Shown here: positions 40,801 to 49,180 of the stretch, piece by piece | Layout of the letters: each line of letters opens with the position of its first letter | How positions within the stretch are numbered: position 1 is the first letter of the stretch | Assembly: GCA_934162205.1 (NCBI GenBank) | Contig: CAKPIA010000002.1 | Location: forward strand, 100,494-164,493 | Origin: an uncultured Clostridia bacterium | Lineage (GTDB): Bacteria; Bacillota; Clostridia; TANB77; CAG-508 | Length of the DNA: 64,000 bases | Reading direction: 5' to 3' | Position numbers and translations under genes: made by a program | Notes under the pieces: generated by a model | What the model was told of the DNA's origin: nothing | What the model saw: only the letters and a program-made list of their open reading frames with translations | The model's database searches: none

Positions 40801-42308
40801 CACATTTTACAAATAATAAAAATAAAGATATTATTAGTGATAAAAAATTATCTGTAAGTGAAAAAAAATTACTAGATATATGGAAAAATGTTTTAAATAG
40901 TGATAACATATCAATTGACGATAATTTCTTTGATATAGGAGGAGACTCTATTTCTGCTATAACAATGCAGTTAGAAGCTATGAAATGTGGATTTGAATTT
41001 GAATATTCTGACATATTTAATTATCCAACTATAAAGATGCTTTCTAGTAAAGTATATATTAACTCAGAACAATATGAAGAATTAAAAGATTATGATTATT
41101 CTAAAATAAATGATATTTTAAAGAGAAATGAAGTAGATTGTCTAAAGGATATACATAAATTTAATGTAAAAAATATATTATTAATAGGTGGAACTGGATA
41201 TCTAGGAGCACACTTAATTAATGCTTTCTTAAATAATGAGAAAGGAAAAATTTATTGTTTGGTTCGTCCAAAAAACAATGTTATAGCATCTGAACGTTTA
41301 AAAAATACATTAAATTTCTATTTTGGGGATAATTATTATGAAAATAATATAAAAAGAATACACATTCTTGAAGGTGATATTGCTAAAAAGAATATGGGAT
41401 TATCTAAAGATAATATAGAATTATTGAAAAAAGAAATATCTACTATTATAAATTCAGGAGCAATAGTTAAACATTTTGGACAAAGAGCATTATTTGAAAA
41501 AATAAATGTTGAAGGTACAAAAAATATAGTAGAGATGTGTAAAAAATTAGAAAAAAGGTTAATTCATATATCTACTATTAGTATTTCTGGTAATGGAGAA
41601 AAAGAAAATTCCATAGATGAAAAAGAAAAGAATTCTTCAACAGAAAAAGTATTTACAGAAAGAGATATTTATGTTGGACAAAATCTAAATGGTGTATACA
41701 CAATTACAAAATTTGAAGCAGAAAGAATAATATTAGAAGAAATAGCAAATGGTTTAGATGCACAAATATTAAGAATAGGAAATATTGTTAATAGATATTC
41801 TGATGGTAAATTCCAAATAAATACATCAGAAAATGCTTTTGCTTCAAGAATAAAATCATTTATAAATATAGGTGCATTTCCAGAATATGCATTAAAACAT
41901 GCAATAGAATTAACACCAGTTGATTTATGTGCAAATGCAATAATAAAAATATTACAAAATAATAGCAAGGCAAATGTTTTTCATATATATAATACTAAAT
42001 TAATGTCAATAAAATCTTTTTATGAGGTATTAAGTGAAATGGGAATAAACATATTACCTGTTTCCGAAGAAAAGATGACTGATATAATAGAAAAACTATT
42101 AAATGATCCATTGAAGAAAAATATATTATCAGGAGTAATACCAGATATAGATGCTAATAAGCATTTAGTTTATACATCTAATATCACACTAGAATCTAGT
42201 TTTACGGAAGAATATTTGAAACAAATAGGCTTTTCGTGGGATGAGATTGATCAAAATTATATTACTAAATATATAGAATACTTTAGAAAAATAAAATTTA
42301 TAGAATAG
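34857..42308 (+). CDS. Non-ribosomal peptide synthetase, two modules with terminal reductase: C-A-T-C-A-T-R
   Basis: C1 HHMIADSWS. A1 cores YTSGSTGKPKGV, NGYGPTETT, YKTGD, GRQDSQIKFRGHRIELNEI, NKSGKVDK. T1 GMDSL. C2 HHIILDGTS. A2 cores YTSGSTGTPKGV, YGPSEIT, YKSGD, GRVDHQIKLRGLRIELGEIE, NRKIDRK. T2 GGDSIS. R domain GGTGYLGAHL (Rossmann) and YTITK (YxxxK). Confidence 0.95.
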   Translation: MEKKDVYELTNPQKSIWNTELFFSNTTVNNICVSGIINEEVNIEILKKAINLLVKENDSFRTKLIVNDSIPVQFFSEYIPFDIDVTKVENKKEFKKIEQQMVEEKFNLINSELYKFKIVKFPDNTAGIILNVHHMIADSWSLGITIQEIVKIYKTLLENKEYISDTFSYKNYIESEREYKNSKRFDKDKEFWNEYLSENVEPVSIPSINRNIEVKSSNGKRTSYVLKKDVMNKITEFCEKNKISNYVFFMSVFSIYIGNMANTDKFLLGTPILNRLNFKDKKTEGMFVTTVPFKVDIENNTFTEFAIDNNINLMSVLRHQKYSYTDIIEDVRTKNPDIPNLYDIAISYQITKATADDIGNYTTNWTFNNNCLNDMNIHLYDINDTGELKVDYDFLTDKYSEKEIENGHNRIIHIIEQIIENPDINVQDIEIVTNDEKEQIVNKFNNRKLKCPFDKNIIEIFEEQVVKNEDEIALVYKENQFTYKELNKIVNKFARFLKEQGINKNDIVGVYMNKNYWFIISILAIQKLGAAYTPMHPEYPEERVNYILNDCNSKVLITDQEISNKEYKIINPNQISLDSFEDTNLNEEFDSNTLCYVIYTSGSTGKPKGVMLTHRNLINFVYNFNEGFNTKFSRNDNCLSLTNISFDVSVCEIFTPLTLGATLVIYPENTLTDIHMLCDLIEKEKITFLYLPPSVLKDVYEFIKTNNYKFYVEKMLVGVEAIKNLDLNNLLSLNKNLEIVNGYGPTETTICSTFYKYEFNKKNDEIVPIGYPLRNNDIYIVNKFNNLQPVGIPGELIISGDSVSLGYLNNLEKTEESFKKISKLKNDIFYKTGDISYWNENGFLNFIGRQDSQIKFRGHRIELNEINNNIKMIKGVTNSITILKNINEIPCICSYLSNDDNIITEDYVKIKLNEILPYYMIPTHVVCMEQLPINKSGKVDKNLLPEVSITSLKFVEASTLTEIKVHQILCKLLNLNKISVIDNLFELGMDSLICIRFSLEIYNNFNINISIKDLFKYNTIQEISKYIDEADTAYKNEDVHIYPKEFSYPLSSAQKRIYYATKSAGENSLLYNVSGGLFIKEFLDAEKVNKIFNILVEKNSSLRTYFKIDNGEPRQFVMDSISVKINTYKNKDIIRNNISTLINAFPKSFDLEFAPLLRVELHYIKDGTLILVDSHHIILDGTSLNILLKDFCYLYNNEEYAYNKEIEYKDYSIWEDNLINTSSFEIIRNYWKERFENFEIPVINLPYDYAVGEKRTFNGNKLYFKIDKKLFEKTERISKKYNVSLYMMFLTNLYLMLYKYTGQNNIIIGSPIEARNSIKLNDIIGMFVNNIALNLNILDDYTLENLIKKVKSLVLGSLTNQPYPYEMLLKDLNIPSTTSLFDVVFTFQNNTNINNRINNKVLELIPSNTHTSKFNLTFEIDPSTYNLNIEYNTDLFKKETICSFYNHYIYLLENFVRNLNTKVSEIDIITKKEDELLAIFNKTDGKINNDTVVSIIEEQVKKHPNNIAVICDDKTLTYRELNDKANSLAHVLIEKGIQPNDIVCIMTNRSLETIVCMLGILKAGAAFLNVDPTYPIDRTKYYLENSKTQYVLTQACLKEKVKEIENCIEIDLENDLYNKKCKNPNVKVQPNDLSYIIYTSGSTGTPKGVMLNQVGFANMAKAMTKVLDYLKEGNKHCLISVTSTPFDIFVYEIIVSLTHGLKILMANNAEHRNPVLLDALIKKYNGDVMTVTPSLMKINYDNRLQPSALSNVKHMVFGGEPLPEKFVSDLRELSEGVTIYNIYGPSEITILSNVQKLEKNDKITVGPPIMNTQIHILDKFGKRVPIGVVGEIYISGIQVGRGYLGKPEMTKERFLDNPFGEGKMYKSGDIGRWTFDGKVQCLGRVDHQIKLRGLRIELGEIENKMESIKGVIASVVNKVEYNGKEVLCGYYVCNKEEVTEQIVKEYLRKELPYYMVPTYIMKLKEMPYTINRKIDRKALPLPHFTNNKNKDIISDKKLSVSEKKLLDIWKNVLNSDNISIDDNFFDIGGDSISAITMQLEAMKCGFEFEYSDIFNYPTIKMLSSKVYINSEQYEELKDYDYSKINDILKRNEVDCLKDIHKFNVKNILLIGGTGYLGAHLINAFLNNEKGKIYCLVRPKNNVIASERLKNTLNFYFGDNYYENNIKRIHILEGDIAKKNMGLSKDNIELLKKEISTIINSGAIVKHFGQRALFEKINVEGTKNIVEMCKKLEKRLIHISTISISGNGEKENSIDEKEKNSSTEKVFTERDIYVGQNLNGVYTITKFEAERIILEEIANGLDAQILRIGNIVNRYSDGKFQINTSENAFASRIKSFINIGAFPEYALKHAIELTPVDLCANAIIKILQNNSKANVFHIYNTKLMSIKSFYEVLSEMGINILPVSEEKMTDIIEKLLNDPLKKNILSGVIPDIDANKHLVYTSNITLESSFTEEYLKQIGFSWDEIDQNYITKYIEYFRKIKFIE

Positions 42309-42318
42309 AGGAATTTTT

Positions 42319-44133
42319 ATGGAATTAATGACTTTTCCCTTTATATTGTTAATAATATCTACAATTACAATAACAGTTTTGGCTTTTTATATTTCAAATA
42401 AAAAGCCTCTAATGCAATTACAAAAATCATTTTTTGGAATATTAATATGTGTATTAGTTATATGTTATGGTGTACTTTTTCAGAGTATTTTTAACAAGAT
42501 ATTTAATATAGATCCTATTTATTTTGAATATATAATATATATTGGGACTTGTTTTTTACCAGTTACAATATTCTTAATGGCTACTATATTAAGAGATACA
42601 AAAATAAAATTAAGAAGATGGCACTTATTATTATTTATTGTTCCAATAATATCATTGTTTGTATTATGGACTAATTCTTTTCACCATTTATTTTATATAG
42701 AATATTCTGGTGATATGTCAAAGGTTGTATATGGTGCGTATTTTTATATTCATACAGCATATACATATATATTGTTGTTTATAAGTATGTATATTTTGCT
42801 TAAAAATTCATTCAAGACCTCTGGAATATTTTCTAAGCAATCAATATTATTTATTATAGGAACAAGTATACCAATATTAATAAATATACTAGGGACATTA
42901 AAAGTAATAAACATGAATGTATATATGACACCTATATCTTTTTCAATAACAGTAATATTTTATGCACTTGCAATTTTTAAATTTAACTTTTTAGGTGTTG
43001 CACCAATTGCTGTTCAAAAAATAGTAGATAAAATCTCAGACAGTTATCTTGTATTAAGTGAGGATGGAGCGATTACAGATTATAATAAAACATTTTTAAC
43101 AACATTTAAAATAAAAAGTGATAATTTAAGAGGAAAAGATTTTGTAGGATTCTTAAAAGAAAAGAAATTTTCAATTAATGAAAAAAGATTAAGACATTCA
43201 ATTGCAAAAGCGAAAGAAACAGAAAAAATAATATCTTATGAATCAGAAATAAAGAAAATTAATAAAATATTTATGGTAGAAATAAGTTCTATATCATCAA
43301 AAGGAACATTTTTAGGAATAGTAATTTTATTAAAAGATATAACACAACATAAGCACGATATACAAACAATAAGAGATAACCAGGAAACACTTATGGAAAA
43401 AGAAAGACTTGCTTCTCTTGGTCAATTAATTGGTGGTATAGCACATAACTTAAAAACACCTATAATGTCTATATCAGGAGCAGCAGAAGGATTACTAGAC
43501 TTAATTCAAGAATATGATAATTCTATAGAAGATCCTGAAGTTACACCACAAGATCATCATGAAATTGCATCAGATATGAGAGAATGGATTTCGAAAATAA
43601 AAGTTCATACAGCATATATGTCAGATGTAATTACAGCGGTTAAAGGACAAGCTGTTGCATTATCAGAAGATGAAATTGTAACATTTGATGTAGATGAATT
43701 AGTAAAACGTGTTAATATCTTAATGAAACATGAATTAAAAAATGCTATTATATATTTAAATGTAGATATGCAGGTAGACAGTAGTTTGACTATGAAGGGT
43801 GATGTTAATAATTTAGTTCAAGTTATTAATAATATGATATCAAACTCAATTCAAGCATATAATGGAAAACCAGAACAAAATATTGATATGATTTTAACTA
43901 AAAAAAATAATAATTTAGTTATTTCAATAAGAGATTATGCTGGAGGATTACCAGAAGTAGTTAAGAAAAAATTATTTAAAGAAATGATAACAACAAAAGG
44001 TAAAAATGGTACTGGACTTGGATTGTATATGTCTTATTCAAATATAAGAGCACATTTTAATGGAGATATTACAGTTGAAACTGAAGATGGTAAAGGTACA
44101 ACGTTTAATATAATTTTACCAATAGATAATTAA
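42319..44133 (+). CDS. Sensor histidine kinase: 7-TM N-terminal domain, PAS-like, HisKA, HATPase_c
   Basis: RBS AGAGGA overlaps the NRPS stop codon. H-box LASLGQLIGGIAHNLKTP; G-boxes GTGLGLY. Confidence 0.85.
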   Translation: MELMTFPFILLIISTITITVLAFYISNKKPLMQLQKSFFGILICVLVICYGVLFQSIFNKIFNIDPIYFEYIIYIGTCFLPVTIFLMATILRDTKIKLRRWHLLLFIVPIISLFVLWTNSFHHLFYIEYSGDMSKVVYGAYFYIHTAYTYILLFISMYILLKNSFKTSGIFSKQSILFIIGTSIPILINILGTLKVINMNVYMTPISFSITVIFYALAIFKFNFLGVAPIAVQKIVDKISDSYLVLSEDGAITDYNKTFLTTFKIKSDNLRGKDFVGFLKEKKFSINEKRLRHSIAKAKETEKIISYESEIKKINKIFMVEISSISSKGTFLGIVILLKDITQHKHDIQTIRDNQETLMEKERLASLGQLIGGIAHNLKTPIMSISGAAEGLLDLIQEYDNSIEDPEVTPQDHHEIASDMREWISKIKVHTAYMSDVITAVKGQAVALSEDEIVTFDVDELVKRVNILMKHELKNAIIYLNVDMQVDSSLTMKGDVNNLVQVINNMISNSIQAYNGKPEQNIDMILTKKNNNLVISIRDYAGGLPEVVKKKLFKEMITTKGKNGTGLGLYMSYSNIRAHFNGDITVETEDGKGTTFNIILPIDN

Positions 44134-44143
44134 ATAAAAGATG

Positions 44144-44172
44144 TTTGACAATAAGGTATTTATGTATTAAAA
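44144..44172 (+). promoter_or_regulatory. Sigma-A promoter upstream of hisS
   Basis: TTGACA - 17 nt - TAAAAT. Followed by a 26-nt palindrome (aaagctatgtatatgtttacatagcttt) at 44189-44216. Confidence 0.55.
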
Positions 44173-44243
44173 TATAACAAACATCAAAGAAAAGCTATGT
44201 ATATGTTTACATAGCTTTAAACATATAAAACAAGGAGAAAAAT

Positions 44244-45554
44244 ATGAATAAAACAAATCCAAGAACATTACCAGGTTTTATGGAATTATTACCTGAAGAA
44301 CAAATATTATTTAATCAAATACAAGATAAAATAAGAAAAACATATGAGAAATTTGGTTTTTTACCATTAGATACACCTATTATAGAATCTTCAGAAGTTT
44401 TGCTTGCAAAAGCTGGTGGGGAAACAGAAAAACAAATATATAGATTTTTAAAGGGTGACACAGATTTATCTTTAAGATTTGATCTAACAGTACCTTTAGC
44501 AAAATATGTAGCACAGAATTATAGTAATTTAAGTTTTCCATTTAGAAGATATCAAATAGGGAAAGTTTATAGAGGTGAAAGACAACAAAAAGGAAGATTT
44601 CGTGAGTTTTATCAATGTGATATAGATATAATTGGTGATGAAAAATTAAGTATAATAAATGATGCAGAACTTCCTAGTGTAATATACTCAATATTTAATG
44701 ATTTAGGATTTGGGGATTTTACAATATGTATAAATAACAGAAAAATATTAAATGGCTTATTTTCTAGTTTAAAATTAGAAGAAAAATCTGCTGATATTCT
44801 AAGAATAATAGATAAAATAGAAAAAATCGGAAAAGAAGAAGTAAAAAATGAACTTGTAAAATTAAATGTAGAAGCAGAAAAAATAGATAGCATATTAGAT
44901 TTTATAACAATGGATGGAAATACAGATGATAAGCTAGAAAAACTAAAAAAATTAAATATAGAAGATCAATCATTTAATGAGGGATTAGAGGAATTATTAG
45001 AAGTTGTAAAATATATGAGGGCATTTGGTATACCAGACAAAAACTTTAAAATAGATTTAACAATTGCTCGTGGATTAGATTATTATACAGGAACAGTATA
45101 TGAAACATTTTTAAATGATTACAAATCATTAGGAAGTGTTTGTTCAGGTGGTAGATATGAAAATTTAGCTGAATATTATACAGATAAAAAATTACCAGGA
45201 GTAGGTATATCAATAGGATTAACAAGATTATTTTATCAATTAAACGAAAGAAAGTTAATAAATGCAGAGAAAAAATCAATATCTGATGTAATAATTATTA
45301 ATATGACAGATGATTTTGAATATTCAGCAGATGTAGCAACAAAACTTCGTATGGAAAATATAAATACACAAATTTATATGGAAGATAAAAAAATAAAAGC
45401 TAAATTTAAATATGTAGATAAATTACAAATTCCATATGCAATTGTAATTGGCGAAGATGAAATAAAAGAAAACAAATTAACATTAAAAGACATGAGAATT
45501 GGTGAACAAAAACAACTTGAATTAAAAGAAATAATAGATATAATAAAAGCATAA
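44244..45554 (+). CDS. hisS: Histidyl-tRNA synthetase
   Basis: Class II motif 2 FRRYQIGKVYRGERQQKGRFREFYQCDIDIIG and a C-terminal anticodon-binding domain; 436 aa. Confidence 0.8.
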   Translation: MNKTNPRTLPGFMELLPEEQILFNQIQDKIRKTYEKFGFLPLDTPIIESSEVLLAKAGGETEKQIYRFLKGDTDLSLRFDLTVPLAKYVAQNYSNLSFPFRRYQIGKVYRGERQQKGRFREFYQCDIDIIGDEKLSIINDAELPSVIYSIFNDLGFGDFTICINNRKILNGLFSSLKLEEKSADILRIIDKIEKIGKEEVKNELVKLNVEAEKIDSILDFITMDGNTDDKLEKLKKLNIEDQSFNEGLEELLEVVKYMRAFGIPDKNFKIDLTIARGLDYYTGTVYETFLNDYKSLGSVCSGGRYENLAEYYTDKKLPGVGISIGLTRLFYQLNERKLINAEKKSISDVIIINMTDDFEYSADVATKLRMENINTQIYMEDKKIKAKFKYVDKLQIPYAIVIGEDEIKENKLTLKDMRIGEQKQLELKEIIDIIKA

Positions 45555-45575
45555 GATAAAGGAGAACAAACACAA

Positions 45576-46376
45576 ATGAGTATAGTTAAATTCTTTCCAG
45601 AAGGATGGGATTATAAAACATGTGAAATAACAAAAGAAAATATAAATAATGTAATAGATGATAATAAGGTGTTTCAAGGAATTGTAGATAGTTGTGATGA
45701 AAGTTATAATCTACATATTCCACTTGAAAATGGATTAAATGGTATTATTCCAAGAGAAGAAATAGAAGGAATAAATATAAATGAAAATGGTATTCCTAAA
45801 GAGGAATTATGTACAGGAAAAGTACATAAATATGTGCAATTCAAGGTTAAATCTATTGAGGATAATAATTTGATTCTTTCAAGAAAAGATGTACAAGCAG
45901 ATGCCATAAATTGGATAAAAAATGATATGCAAGAAGGTCAACAAGTATGTGGGATAGTAAAAAATATAAAACCTTATGGAGTATTTGTAGAAATTGGTGG
46001 AGGAGTAGTTGGATTAGCTCATATAGAAGATTTGTCAGTAGCTAGAATAAAATCTCCATATGAAAGAGTAAAAATTGGACAAAAGCTAAATATTATGGTA
46101 AAATCTATAGATAGAGAAACTGGAAGAGTAATTCTTTCTTATAAAGAAGAATTTGGAACTTGGGAAGAAAATGTGAAAAATTTTCAAGAAGGGACAAAAG
46201 TAAAAGGAATAGTCAGAGAAACTGAGAAAAATAAAAATGGTATTTTTATTGAACTTACACCCAACCTAGTGGGTATGGCCGAATATAAGGAGAATTTACA
46301 ATATGGACAAACTGTAAATGTTTATATAAAAAGAATAATACCAGAAAAGAAAAAAGTTAAGTTAGTTATAATTTAA
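45576..46376 (+). CDS. S1 RNA-binding domain protein (multiple S1 repeats)
   Basis: Repeated S1-like GxV-x-GxV / G-x-V-x-VDIG style segments. Confidence 0.6.
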   Translation: MSIVKFFPEGWDYKTCEITKENINNVIDDNKVFQGIVDSCDESYNLHIPLENGLNGIIPREEIEGININENGIPKEELCTGKVHKYVQFKVKSIEDNNLILSRKDVQADAINWIKNDMQEGQQVCGIVKNIKPYGVFVEIGGGVVGLAHIEDLSVARIKSPYERVKIGQKLNIMVKSIDRETGRVILSYKEEFGTWEENVKNFQEGTKVKGIVRETEKNKNGIFIELTPNLVGMAEYKENLQYGQTVNVYIKRIIPEKKKVKLVII

Positions 46377-46405
46377 ATAAATTATATAAATAGGAGGAGT
46401 TATTT

Positions 46406-47347
46406 ATGGTTGAAGATAACGAAATAAAAGCGCAAATATCACCATTTGCAATAAGAGAAGGAGAAATAAAAACATTTGATGGTAAAGATGGATATGTTTC
46501 TATGAATCAGATAGTTCATAAAATTAATATAGGACATATTACAGATATTCATTTTGCTATATTAGAATTAGTAAATGAATTTGAATTTATAACATCAAGA
46601 CAATTATATCAAATGTTAGAAATAAAAGGGATTGATCCAAAATCTCAAGATAAATTAAATAATAAATTAGAACAATTGGTAAAATCTAAAATTTTAACAA
46701 GATATTATTTTACTTCTGAAGAAGGAAAAGGAATTTATAGAATTTACTGTTTAGAGAAAATGGGAAAATATTTATTAAATTCTAAAGAAATAGATTGTAA
46801 ATGGCAACCATCAGATAATACTAAGCCAGTTGCAATGATTAAAAAAAGATTAGCTGGAAATCAAACTATTATAGCATATTTAAGAAAAGTAAAAGCATTT
46901 GATAGTTATATAGTAAAACCAGCAATTACTGCAAAAGTAACAGGAAAAACATTTAAAGCATCAGGTGGATGTGTTAAACTAACAAAGAATGGTAAATCAA
47001 TACAATTCTTGTTTGAAGCTGTTAGAAGAGAAGAAGACTGGCAAAAAAAATTAGTAGATAAAATGAGATTATATAAAGATTTTTACGAAAATTTTGTTCC
47101 AATGGATTCAGGATTTCAAACAATGCCACAATTAATATTTATTTGTGAAGATGAAAAACACGCTGTTGAAACATTTAAGGAAATTGTAAAAAATAATTTA
47201 GAAATAGAACAAATAAAATTATATTTTACTACTGATTTAAAACAAAATAGTAATACATTGGAAAATACTTTAATAGAATTTAAACTAGACCCAAATACTA
47301 ATAAATATAAAGTTGAAAATGTAGAATTGAAATTATTAGGAATGTAA
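46406..47347 (+). CDS. Hypothetical protein with N-terminal winged-helix-like region
   Basis: RBS AGGAGG; no firm domain call. Confidence 0.4.
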   Translation: MVEDNEIKAQISPFAIREGEIKTFDGKDGYVSMNQIVHKINIGHITDIHFAILELVNEFEFITSRQLYQMLEIKGIDPKSQDKLNNKLEQLVKSKILTRYYFTSEEGKGIYRIYCLEKMGKYLLNSKEIDCKWQPSDNTKPVAMIKKRLAGNQTIIAYLRKVKAFDSYIVKPAITAKVTGKTFKASGGCVKLTKNGKSIQFLFEAVRREEDWQKKLVDKMRLYKDFYENFVPMDSGFQTMPQLIFICEDEKHAVETFKEIVKNNLEIEQIKLYFTTDLKQNSNTLENTLIEFKLDPNTNKYKVENVELKLLGM

Positions 47348-47353
47348 TTTATT

Positions 47354-47381
47354 AAGAAGGCTTTAAATAGGCCTTCTTATT
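47354..47381 (+). terminator. Rho-independent terminator
   Basis: aagaaggc-tttaaata-gccttcttatt. Confidence 0.65.
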
Positions 47382-47395
47382 GTTAGGAGAATATT

Positions 47396-47833
47396 ATGAA
47401 ATTAGTAATTCAAAGAGTAAAAAAAGCAAGTGTTACAGTAGATGAAAAGATTGTAGGAAAAATAGATAAAGGATTATTAGTGTTCCTTGGTGTAACACAT
47501 GATGATAATGAAGAAAAAGTAGATTATCTTGTAAAAAAAATATGTAATTTAAGAATATTTGAAGATGAAAATGAGAAAATGAATTTATCTGTAAAAGATG
47601 TAAATGGAAGCTTATTAATAGTTTCTCAATTTACTTTATATGCAGATACTAGTAGTGGTAATAGGCCAAGTTTTACAAACGCTGCAAAACCTGAATTTGC
47701 AGATAAATTATATGAAAGTTTTAAACAAAAGTGCAAAAACTGTGGATTAGAAGTTCAATCTGGAATATTTGGTGCAAATATGCAAGTAGAATTGATTAAT
47801 GATGGACCAGTAACAATTGTAATGGAACATTAA
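47396..47833 (+). CDS. dtd: D-aminoacyl-tRNA deacylase
   Basis: MKLVIQRV...SQFTLYAD...GNRPSF; 145 aa. Confidence 0.9.
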   Translation: MKLVIQRVKKASVTVDEKIVGKIDKGLLVFLGVTHDDNEEKVDYLVKKICNLRIFEDENEKMNLSVKDVNGSLLIVSQFTLYADTSSGNRPSFTNAAKPEFADKLYESFKQKCKNCGLEVQSGIFGANMQVELINDGPVTIVMEH

Positions 47834-47900
47834 ATTAATAAAAATTGAAATTGTGCAATATTTTAAAATTTAAAATATATAATATAATTTGGAGAGAGAT

Positions 47901-48815
47901 ATGGAACAAACAAAAAGGTATAATCACTTAAATGAATATTTAAAAAACAAATTTGGTGAAAGAACTTTGAAAATTTGTGTTGATGGAGGATTTACATGTC
48001 CTAATCGAGATGGAAAAATAGGAACAGGTGGATGCATATTTTGTAGTGAAAGAGGCTCAGGAGATCATATTGATTCAACATTAAGTATAAAAAAGCAAGT
48101 TGAAGAATATTTTAAAAGTTATAGAGCAAAAAGAGCAAATAAATTTATAGTATATTTTCAAAACTATACAAACACATATGATTCAATTGAAAATTTAAAG
48201 AAAAAATATGATGCAGCTTTAATAGATGATAGGATTGTTGGAATTGCTATTGCAACAAGACCAGATTGTATTAATGAAGAAATAGCCCAATTAATAAAAA
48301 GTTATTCAAATAAATATTATGTATGGGTTGAACTTGGATTACAGACATCAAATGATAATATTGGAAAAATTATAAATAGAGGATATAATACAAGACAATT
48401 TTCCAGAGCAGTAGATATTTTAAATAAATATAATATAGATGTGGTGGCACATATTATGGTAGGGTTGCCAAATGAAACAAAAAATGATATAAAAAATACA
48501 GTAAAATTTATAAATAACAGCAAAATTGCAGGAATAAAAATTCACTCAACATATATTGTTAAAAATACTATTTTAGAAAATATGTATTTAAATGGTGAAT
48601 ATACTCCAATAACATTAGAATATTACTTAGATTGCTTAACATATATAATAACACATATTAATTCTAATATAGTAATACATAGAATTTCTGGGGATGCACC
48701 TAAGAACTTACTTATTGCACCAGAGTGGAATCTTCATAAGAAATGGATATTAAATGGTTTTGAGAAAATTTTAAAGAATGAAAATTTATTTCAAGGAAAA
48801 TATTATTCTAATTAG
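47901..48815 (+). CDS. Radical SAM protein (TIGR01212/YtqA-like family)
   Basis: RBS GGAGAG, ATG at 47901. Cys cluster CPNRDGKIGTGGCIFC. Confidence 0.75.
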   Translation: MEQTKRYNHLNEYLKNKFGERTLKICVDGGFTCPNRDGKIGTGGCIFCSERGSGDHIDSTLSIKKQVEEYFKSYRAKRANKFIVYFQNYTNTYDSIENLKKKYDAALIDDRIVGIAIATRPDCINEEIAQLIKSYSNKYYVWVELGLQTSNDNIGKIINRGYNTRQFSRAVDILNKYNIDVVAHIMVGLPNETKNDIKNTVKFINNSKIAGIKIHSTYIVKNTILENMYLNGEYTPITLEYYLDCLTYIITHINSNIVIHRISGDAPKNLLIAPEWNLHKKWILNGFEKILKNENLFQGKYYSN

Positions 48816-48888
48816 GTATAAAATTTTTTTATGAAATAATTAATTAAAAAATGCATATATTGTTCTTGGGAAGATTAAAGGAGGAGAC

Positions 48889-49149
48889 ATGATGAATGAA
48901 TTTAAAGAAAGTTTAAAACATAATAACACAAAAGATTTTACTGAGTTTGACGCAAAGATAACACATGCGGTTATAGAGGCTATTAATAGTGTTTCTGCAA
49001 ATGATAAAGATGAACAAGTTAGAAAATTAGAAATGATTTTGAATATGAATAGATTTATATCTAATTATGATAGTTCTTTGGAAATTTTAAAAGAAGCTGA
49101 GAAAAAGGAAAAAAGAAAAGAAAAAAAAGGTATGAATAAATATAGATAA
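48889..49149 (+). CDS. Hypothetical small protein with Lys-rich tail
   Basis: RBS GGAGGAG. Confidence 0.3.
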   Translation: MMNEFKESLKHNNTKDFTEFDAKITHAVIEAINSVSANDKDEQVRKLEMILNMNRFISNYDSSLEILKEAEKKEKRKEKKGMNKYR

Positions 49150-49180
49150 TAAAATAGTATTGTGTTTTATGGGAGGACAA

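Noticed and set aside
46406-47347. Replication-relaxation/plasmid-type protein call for the 313-aa ORF
   Set aside because: An N-terminal winged-helix-like segment is the only hint. Neighbours are core genes (hisS, dtd), and no motif was strong enough.
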